A stretch of 64,000 nucleotides of DNA, from NCBI GenBank assembly GCA_963716175.1, contig OY970296.1:2912001-2976000 (forward strand), given 5' to 3'. The stretch comes from an uncultured Armatimonadetes bacterium (GTDB lineage: Bacteria > Armatimonadota > Hebobacteria > Hebobacterales > Hebobacteraceae). The notes under the pieces were generated by a model. It saw nothing but the letters and a program-made list of their open reading frames with translations, ran no database searches and was not told where the DNA came from. This document shows positions 57,697 to 64,000 of this stretch, one piece after another; position 1 is the stretch's first letter, and the number at the start of each line of letters is the position of its first letter. The translations under genes were made by a program, and so were the position numbers.

Positions 57697-58821
57697 TCAG
57701 TAGCGAAGTGCCAGTGAGATTAGCAGCTGATTCCTCCTGTCGGCTGGGAGGGCACGATCATACCCGTTCTCGTACCGGATCCTGAGGAAGACGTCATCCC
57801 GCGACGGCAGGAACCAGTAATCCACCGTGGCCGTGAGCAGGTTCTTGAGCTTCCTCCCCTGCGGGTCCCCAGAGAACGTGTACCATCCCGATGACTCGGC
57901 GTACAGGGAAACGGTCGGCTGATCGGTAATGGCGTCGGCGTGGCCCCAGGCCATATCGCGCACGGTGGCCACCCAGTCCGCTCCACCCTCCGCCTCCGTT
58001 ACCGTGTCCAGGAAGACCTGCTGCAACTGGGTACGGCGGTTCGCCGGGATCTGCCCGATCTTCCCGGCCAGGTCTTGCGCCTGGGTGTAGGTGGGCGCCT
58101 GGCTCAGGAACACCCCGGCGATCTCCGCGGCAGTCTTCCCAACGTCCGCGTTCTTCCGCCACCCGAACGCCTTGCCGAGGAAGGAACGATAGGTGAGCAG
58201 CTCACTTCCGGAGATCGTGGTCGTGCCAGTGTCCGACTCCTGCCGCTGCGCGTTCACGCCAAACACAATCCAGTTCGAGGCTTGACAGCGAGCCGCCCCC
58301 GGAATCCGCATCGGGGGCGATTCCAGGCCGATGGCGTATTGCAGAATCCCCTTCTCGGGATCACCCGCGATCAGGGCGGTTCCCCGCAACTGGAGCCTCT
58401 CCAGACCCCTGAGAGTCAACGGCTGCACGCCCTCAGCCTCCAGCAGCGACCCGCCAATGGTGGTGGTGCCCTTCTCAAACCGCAGGCTGAGCCGGTTTCG
58501 GTCCCCGGTGCCGTTGGGCACTGCTGGGGCCAGCAGATCGATCCCGTGTGCGTACTTGAACGGCGTCCCCGTGCTATGCACTAACTGGCCATGGTAGCTG
58601 ACCCGCGAGAAGGATTCATCCGCTTGCCCGGATGTGAAGTCGAAGCGATAGCCGGCGTCGATCTCGACAGCACTGATGGGGGCGGGGTTCTGCGCCTCTA
58701 CAGCGAGGTCGGCGGCCGTAGCGGCACTGCACGGCCAGGCAGAGAGTAATACCGCGACCAGCGAGACGCAGAGCGTCAGGCCGGCGTGACCGGTGCGTTG
58801 CGTTCCTGTTCGGTATGACAT
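57697..58821 (-). CDS. Secreted hypothetical protein, possibly outer-membrane
   Basis: Signal peptide ending PCSA; beta-strand-like segments; ends LISLALRY with a terminal aromatic residue. Confidence 0.6.
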   Translation of the reverse strand: MSYRTGTQRTGHAGLTLCVSLVAVLLSAWPCSAATAADLAVEAQNPAPISAVEIDAGYRFDFTSGQADESFSRVSYHGQLVHSTGTPFKYAHGIDLLAPAVPNGTGDRNRLSLRFEKGTTTIGGSLLEAEGVQPLTLRGLERLQLRGTALIAGDPEKGILQYAIGLESPPMRIPGAARCQASNWIVFGVNAQRQESDTGTTTISGSELLTYRSFLGKAFGWRKNADVGKTAAEIAGVFLSQAPTYTQAQDLAGKIGQIPANRRTQLQQVFLDTVTEAEGGADWVATVRDMAWGHADAITDQPTVSLYAESSGWYTFSGDPQGRKLKNLLTATVDYWFLPSRDDVFLRIRYENGYDRALPADRRNQLLISLALRY

Positions 58822-59159
58822 CACGCCTCCTCGGCGATCGCCTGCAGCGTTCCCACAGTGCTGGTGCCGTCCCACCCCCCTGGGTCAACGGCCTCAGGCT
58901 TGCCCAGTCTGGTGACGATGCTTTGCCAAAGAGATCGCCGTTCGCTGCTGTTTGGCTTCTCCGGGTCGATGTAGAAGCGCCGGAGAATCAGCCCACCCAC
59001 GTAGGCGAACTCGACTGTGCTTGCGCCCACGGGTTCTCTGACATAGGCCTGCACCCGGGCGGCAGCAGCATCGCCGCCTGATGAGCCGGTTTCCGCCTTG
59101 AGGGCATCAAGCACGTGCTTCCGGTTGATTCGTCGCTGCTGTTTGGTCAATCCTGCCAT
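58821..59159 (-). CDS. Hypothetical protein
   Basis: AGGAG RBS before ATG 59159; TGATG coupling to the next gene. Confidence 0.55.
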   Translation of the reverse strand: MAGLTKQQRRINRKHVLDALKAETGSSGGDAAAARVQAYVREPVGASTVEFAYVGGLILRRFYIDPEKPNSSERRSLWQSIVTRLGKPEAVDPGGWDGTSTVGTLQAIAEEA

Positions 59160-59345
59160 GGCGTGCGCTCCTCGAGTCAGCCAGGTTGGTCCGACAACCC
59201 AGATCGCGTCACCGCACCAGCACCAGAGTTCCTCACCAGTCCATCTCCCGAGAGCCGGACGCTTCTCCTCCCTCGGCCTGCTGCCCCCCATGTGTTCCTG
59301 CAGGTGGGTGCCGGCATCCCGAGCTGGGCTCGCGACCGCATGAGT

Positions 59346-60110
59346 CTATGCATCCGGCACGTGCCCGAAGCCGAGCAGCTTGTCCATTCGGCTGAAGACG
59401 TAGCTGAACCCCTGCACCCGCGAGCTCTTGTTGCCCTCGATGGTGTAGAGCATGCCGTTCGTCAGCTGATAGACCAGCCCCACGTGGCCCTCCCATCCCG
59501 CAAGCTGCACCCGCCACCACACGACCAGGTCTCCAGGCTCCGGCTCATAGCCACTCCCGGGAGCATGCCCCCAGCCCTTGTCCTTGAACTCTCTGAGCAG
59601 CGCCCTGGCACCTGGGCAGAAGGGGAACGGCATGTTCTCTTTGTCGCCGCCACAGGCCTGCAGGTAGCACCAACTCACGAACGATGCGCACCAGGAGTTG
59701 CCCTCTTCCAGGCCGGCAGGAGCCAGGTACTTCCTGACCCACGGCCCGCGGTTGTTCCCGCCCACTTCGCGCGCTCCCGCCTTGAGCTCAGCGATGGCTG
59801 CGCCGAGGGCAGCACGACCCAGTACGCTGCCGCCTGCGTCCGCCGGCGGCAACTTGGTGAAGTCCACTGCCTGGGGATGATCGGCATCCGGATGCTGGAG
59901 ACTCCACAGTGTGAGGGGGCCCACCTGTCCATCCACCACCAGCGGCTGGCCCCGAAGATCGAGGTGTTGCGACTGGAAGGCCTTGACAGCGCGCACGGTC
60001 TGGGGGCCGAAGACGCCGTCCACCTCAACCGGGTAACCACGAACGACCAGCGCTCTCTGCACATCCGCAACTTCCGGGCCCTGGTCCCCCTGCTTCAGCA
60101 CGGTCCCCAT
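59346..60110 (-). CDS. Peptidoglycan-binding domain plus CHAP amidase/peptidase
   Basis: VDGVFGPQT and VDGQVGPLT PG-binding repeats; WCASFVSW, GHVGLV and TIEGN motifs. Confidence 0.9.
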   Translation of the reverse strand: MGTVLKQGDQGPEVADVQRALVVRGYPVEVDGVFGPQTVRAVKAFQSQHLDLRGQPLVVDGQVGPLTLWSLQHPDADHPQAVDFTKLPPADAGGSVLGRAALGAAIAELKAGAREVGGNNRGPWVRKYLAPAGLEEGNSWCASFVSWCYLQACGGDKENMPFPFCPGARALLREFKDKGWGHAPGSGYEPEPGDLVVWWRVQLAGWEGHVGLVYQLTNGMLYTIEGNKSSRVQGFSYVFSRMDKLLGFGHVPDA

Positions 60111-60345
60111 CAGCGATCTCCCTTCTGCGTTGACACAGGCACGCCGCCGGGCTGCATCCCGCGGCGGATAGGGGCCGCGAGGCCGCGTCCGCAGGACACG
60201 AACTCTCAGGTGGGTGGGTGGCACGATTCAGCGAGGCAGCACAGGATGAGAGCAAGATTCCCCCCGCTGAATGCTAGCGAGAGTTGCCGCTGCTGTCAAC
60301 AGGCGGGCCGGCAACACACGACGTGGCAGCACCGCGCGATCACAG

Positions 60346-60374
60346 TTGACACTGCCGGGCCGGTGTGATAGCCT
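60346..60374 (+). promoter_or_regulatory. Candidate sigma70 promoter TTGACA-17-TAGCCT with TG extension
   Basis: Perfect -35 and a 17-bp spacer upstream of gene 60445. Confidence 0.5.
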
Positions 60375-60444
60375 CCGCCTTGCTGCGGTCCGCGCATCGA
60401 CAGTGACGTGAAGGAACATGCGGCCCGCGGCGAGGGAGGGGGCA

Positions 60445-61509
60445 ATGGCCGACCAGGCTCAGCAGTTGGCGGAGGAGCTGCAGTCCCGAATGGCGCAGGT
60501 GGAAGCGCGTGTGAAGGAGTTCAGCGACGCGTGGAGCCTCACGGACGACTGCCTGAATCTTCTTACCCGGGCCCGTGTCGAGATCGCCGCAGAGCACCTT
60601 CCAGAAGCCCGGACATTGGTGTTGCGGGCCGAGTGCCTGCTGTCCCAGGCCGACAAGAGCGCCCAGACGCTGCGCAAGTGGGGCCCCACCATCGGCATCT
60701 ATGAGGTGGCACTGTTGTTCGGCCTGCTTCTGCTCGCCCTGAACGGCGACCGCTGGCTGGGGTGGCTGTTTGGGGATCATCCCACCACCTGGATGCCGAT
60801 CGCACCCTACTCCCTGTGGGGCGCGCTGGGCGGGGTGGTGGCCGCGCTCTTCGGCTTCTACCTGCACGCGGCACGGCGTGACTTCGATCGGGGGTACGTC
60901 GCCTATTACTTCCTCAAACCCATCATGGGGCTAGTGCTGGGCCCTCTGGTCTACCTCTTTGCCCGGGCGGGTCTGATGGCGATCCAGTCCCAGGGCACGG
61001 TCATCGAACGGCCCGAGTTGCTTTACCTGGGGGCGTTCGTCCTCGGCTTTGGGGAGCGGTTCTCGTTGCGGCTGATCGATCGGGTGGCGGCAGCATTCTT
61101 CGGCCCGGGGGACGGGGGCCAGAGTGTCTTGGGGGCCACGATTGCTGGCGGTCCATCTGGAACCCCGGCTCCGCCGCCGGCAGCAGTGTCTCTGGCAGGG
61201 CCGTCGGCAACCGGTACGATACGAGTCCGGGTGATGGGCCCTGACCCAGGCGACATGGAGGATGTATCTGCAACTCTTCTCCGCGGTGACGAGCCCGTTC
61301 AGGTGAAAGGGCCGCCGCCGGACGAGGGCTCGGCTTTCGCATTCAGTCTGCTGCCGCTCGGTGCCTACCAGGTGGTGGCGAGCAAACCGGGCTGGCGGCA
61401 GCCTGCCCCGGTGATGGCGGAGCTGAAGTCTGCGGGGGAGGCGGCCGAGGTGCAGGTGCGACTGGAGCCGATCGTCGGCGAGCCCGCGCAACCGGGGTCT
61501 GGGAGGTGA
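60445..61509 (+). CDS. Membrane protein: helical N-terminus, about 4 TM helices, C-terminal prealbumin-like domain
   Basis: WGALGG, KPIMG and GFGERF TM motifs; FSLLPLGAYQVVASKPGW. Confidence 0.65.
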   Translation: MADQAQQLAEELQSRMAQVEARVKEFSDAWSLTDDCLNLLTRARVEIAAEHLPEARTLVLRAECLLSQADKSAQTLRKWGPTIGIYEVALLFGLLLLALNGDRWLGWLFGDHPTTWMPIAPYSLWGALGGVVAALFGFYLHAARRDFDRGYVAYYFLKPIMGLVLGPLVYLFARAGLMAIQSQGTVIERPELLYLGAFVLGFGERFSLRLIDRVAAAFFGPGDGGQSVLGATIAGGPSGTPAPPPAAVSLAGPSATGTIRVRVMGPDPGDMEDVSATLLRGDEPVQVKGPPPDEGSAFAFSLLPLGAYQVVASKPGWRQPAPVMAELKSAGEAAEVQVRLEPIVGEPAQPGSGR

Positions 61510-61515
61510 GCCGCC

Positions 61516-62160
61516 ATGCCCTTCAGCAGAGAGGAGCTGGACCGTGAACTGGGCCACCTCGAGTACCAGCAGCTTCCGGGCGGCAAGCTGAAGCTCGACC
61601 AGGGGTGGATAGACGCCCACCTCGTCTGCATCGACGCTCCCTGGGACCTCCCTCCGGGCTGGGGAGGATATGCCTCGCGTAGCCGCTGCCACAAGCGGGC
61701 CACGGGCCAGCTCCTGCTGGCGCTGCAGGAACTGCAGGCTCGTGCCCTCGTCGGGTTGATCGAGACCTCCGACGGCGTCTGGACGGCGCGTTTGGTAACG
61801 GGAGGAAGCACACAGTCGCTCGACTGCTGGGGCCACGCACTGGATCTGAATGCGAGTAAGTTCCCCTTGGGCAGCAGCAGGCGACAGGACCCGCAGTTGG
61901 TGGCGATCATGGCCGACCATGGTTTCGAGTGTGGCCAGGTGTGGGAGCACCGGAAAGACCCGATGCATTTCGAGGCCATTCGCTTCCTCAATGCGGTGCC
62001 TGTCACCTCGGATCAGGTGGCGATCCTAGTCGCCGGCGCCCAAGTGGCGACGGGGCGGCTGGAGGGCGGCCATGTCGTGGGGCCGGTCGGGGCGGTGGCG
62101 CAGGCTCTGGGCAGGCGCGTCACCTGGGACGGGATGAGTAAGCATCTGTCTATTGATTGA
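61516..62160 (+). CDS. M15-family peptidoglycan peptidase-like protein
   Basis: S.x.WG.ALDLN and DPMHFE motifs; C-terminal AVAQALGRRVTWD stalk-like segment. Confidence 0.75.
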   Translation: MPFSREELDRELGHLEYQQLPGGKLKLDQGWIDAHLVCIDAPWDLPPGWGGYASRSRCHKRATGQLLLALQELQARALVGLIETSDGVWTARLVTGGSTQSLDCWGHALDLNASKFPLGSSRRQDPQLVAIMADHGFECGQVWEHRKDPMHFEAIRFLNAVPVTSDQVAILVAGAQVATGRLEGGHVVGPVGAVAQALGRRVTWDGMSKHLSID

Positions 62161-62262
62161 CAGGCCCTCCTTCAGAAACTCCGGATCGTTGGCAGTTGCC
62201 CGGCCTGGGTATTGCAGGAGCGCCCGTAGACGTGACACTTGTGCAGTCGGCAGGCTGACGGG

Positions 62263-63387
62263 ATGAGAGTCGCGATTGACGCGCGAGCGGCCGACGGACC
62301 GCCCACCGGCATCCGGTGGTACCTTCGCACATTGGTCCATGCCCTGGCTGCATCCCCAGACGAGAACCGCTATCTCCTCCTTCGTCATGGGGCATCCGAC
62401 AGTCCGCCGTTGACGCAAGACCCGCGATTTGAGGCTGCGAAGCTACCATCGCCGGCGGACATGTGGATGGAATTGCATGTGGACGAGGTGCTGGGGGAGT
62501 GGCAGGCTGATCTCTTCCACTCACCGTTCGCGCCGGTCCCAACGGTTCGCCCCTGTCCAGCGATCATGACAGTCCACGATGTCATCCCGCGTCTGCTGCC
62601 GGACTTGGTGGACGGGGCTTTCCGCAGGTACTTCCACGAGCGCCTGGTGCCGGGGTTCCGGCGCTGCCAGCGACTGATCGCGGTGTCACAGCACACCGCG
62701 CAGGATCTGACGCATCTCTACGGCGTCCGCTCCGACCGCATCAGCGTTGCCGCGGAGGCAGCCCCGCCCGAGCACGTGCAGCTAGTTCTTTCCGAGCAGG
62801 CGGCGCTAACGCTGACCCGCCTGGGAGTGAATCCCCCTTACTTCCTCTTTGTGGGCGCGATTGAACCACGCAAGAACATCTCGCTGCTGCTCGACGCATA
62901 CGGTCAGCTCCACCAGGAAGACCCCACCGTGCCACAGTTAGTCCTCGTCGGTGCGGCGCGGGACCAGTCAGACCAGGTCGCACGCAGGTTACGTTCCCTC
63001 GCCGAGCAGAAGGCTCTGGTGTGGCTGGAGTACCTGACTCCAGACGATCTGTGCGCTGTTTACAGTCAGGCGACGGCGCTGGCGTTCCCGTCCTTATATG
63101 AGGGGTTTGGGTTGCCCGTGCTTGAGGGGATGTCACATGGTGTGCCTGTGGCCTGCTCCTATGTGTCTTCCCTCCCAGAGCTCGTGGGCGACGCCGGCCT
63201 CCTGGTCGACCCGTACGACCCCGGACAACTGGCATCTGCACTCGCCCGACTGTGGAACAGTCCTGAACTCCGCGCCGAGCTAGGGGGGAAAGCGAAGGCC
63301 AGGGCGAAGCTGTTTGGGGTGGAGCGCATGGGGAGGGAAACACTCTCGGCGTACTCGCTAGCGGTGGGCTGGAGTGTCGGCGGGTAG
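62263..63387 (+). CDS. Glycosyltransferase family 4 (mannosyltransferase-like)
   Basis: MRVAIDAR, TVHD, VGAIEPRKN and FPSLYEGFGLPVLE motifs. Confidence 0.92.
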   Translation: MRVAIDARAADGPPTGIRWYLRTLVHALAASPDENRYLLLRHGASDSPPLTQDPRFEAAKLPSPADMWMELHVDEVLGEWQADLFHSPFAPVPTVRPCPAIMTVHDVIPRLLPDLVDGAFRRYFHERLVPGFRRCQRLIAVSQHTAQDLTHLYGVRSDRISVAAEAAPPEHVQLVLSEQAALTLTRLGVNPPYFLFVGAIEPRKNISLLLDAYGQLHQEDPTVPQLVLVGAARDQSDQVARRLRSLAEQKALVWLEYLTPDDLCAVYSQATALAFPSLYEGFGLPVLEGMSHGVPVACSYVSSLPELVGDAGLLVDPYDPGQLASALARLWNSPELRAELGGKAKARAKLFGVERMGRETLSAYSLAVGWSVGG

Positions 63388-63650
63388 CTTGTAGAACCCC
63401 TCGGTCCGGTAGAGAGGCCGCGTGGGAGGCACACTCGCGTGTCGAGCGACCTCCCTCTTCTGGCAGAAGACGACGAAGAGGCGCTCAAGCACCACCTATC
63501 CGCGCCTCCGGAGAGCGGGGCAGTTCTGCTCCGTGGTGGGCTGGCCCCGGGGACTGTAGGTGCGCGACATCCCGCGTTCCTCTACGAGTGAAGGGAGCAG
63601 GGAGCATCGCAGAATGCCGCCGGCAGGGCGGGTAAGGATGGCCACTGGCG

Positions 63651-64000
63651 ATGCGCATCGGCATTGATGCCCGCTCGGTCTACCCGGGCCACGGCGGCAT
63701 CGGCACTTACGTCTGCGAGTTGGTGCGCGCCCTGGTGCGCGTGGACTCTGGCAACGAATATGTCCTCTTCTCCACCGAGCGGAAGGGGCCTACCCCGATC
63801 GCCCTTGCGCCTAACCTCACTGAGACGCTGTGTCCGGCCGCGATGCTAGACCGGCGCTGGGAGCAGTTCGAACTGCCCAGCCTGGCAGAGGCCCTCGCGT
63901 TAGATGTGCTGCACATGACTTGCTTCACCACCCCCATCGCCAAGACCTGCCCGGTGGTGGCTACCATCCACGACGTAGTCTTCCGGGTGCGACCGGACTT
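63651..64000 (+). CDS. Glycosyltransferase family 4, N-terminal part (runs off the window)
   Basis: Reads MRIGIDARSVYPGHGGIGTY...WEQ...VATIHDV and stays open to the window end. Confidence 0.85.
   Translation, partial: MRIGIDARSVYPGHGGIGTYVCELVRALVRVDSGNEYVLFSTERKGPTPIALAPNLTETLCPAAMLDRRWEQFELPSLAEALALDVLHMTCFTTPIAKTCPVVATIHDVVFRVRPD

Overview
GC-rich bacterial window with four blocks; the taxon cannot be determined from sequence alone. (1) 1-3.1 kb: tandem ParB/RepB-type genes from an integrative element, followed by decayed DNA that abuts a 5'-truncated wzt. (2) 3.2-34.7 kb: a large cell-surface glycosylation island. It holds a coiled-coil methyltransferase, GT4 and GT2 enzymes, four multi-pass GT-C-like membrane proteins, two flippase-like proteins, a CDP-3,6-dideoxy/branched-sugar pathway (rfbF-rfbG-rfbH, an SDR and a YerE-like ThDP enzyme) and an oxidoreductase/acetyltransferase/aminotransferase trio. 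(3) 35-47.5 kb, the most unusual part: a cluster of secreted proteins (papain-like protease, NHL beta-propeller, two large putative glycoside hydrolases and a stand-alone version). All five end in the same ~145-aa Trp/Asp-rich C-terminal module, which I cannot assign to a known family. The copies are highly similar and mosaic at DNA level, one is inverted, and the minus-strand gene run ends in a secreted protein built from two duplicated jelly-roll-like domains. (4) 47.7-64 kb: two tandem paralogous tyrosine recombinases, an array of 11-bp phased repeats, a phage-type XRE/terS-like/ParB-methyltransferase/terL module with no portal or capsid, an IS3-family element, two peptidoglycan hydrolases and further GT4 genes. 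No rRNA, tRNA or CRISPR array was seen.
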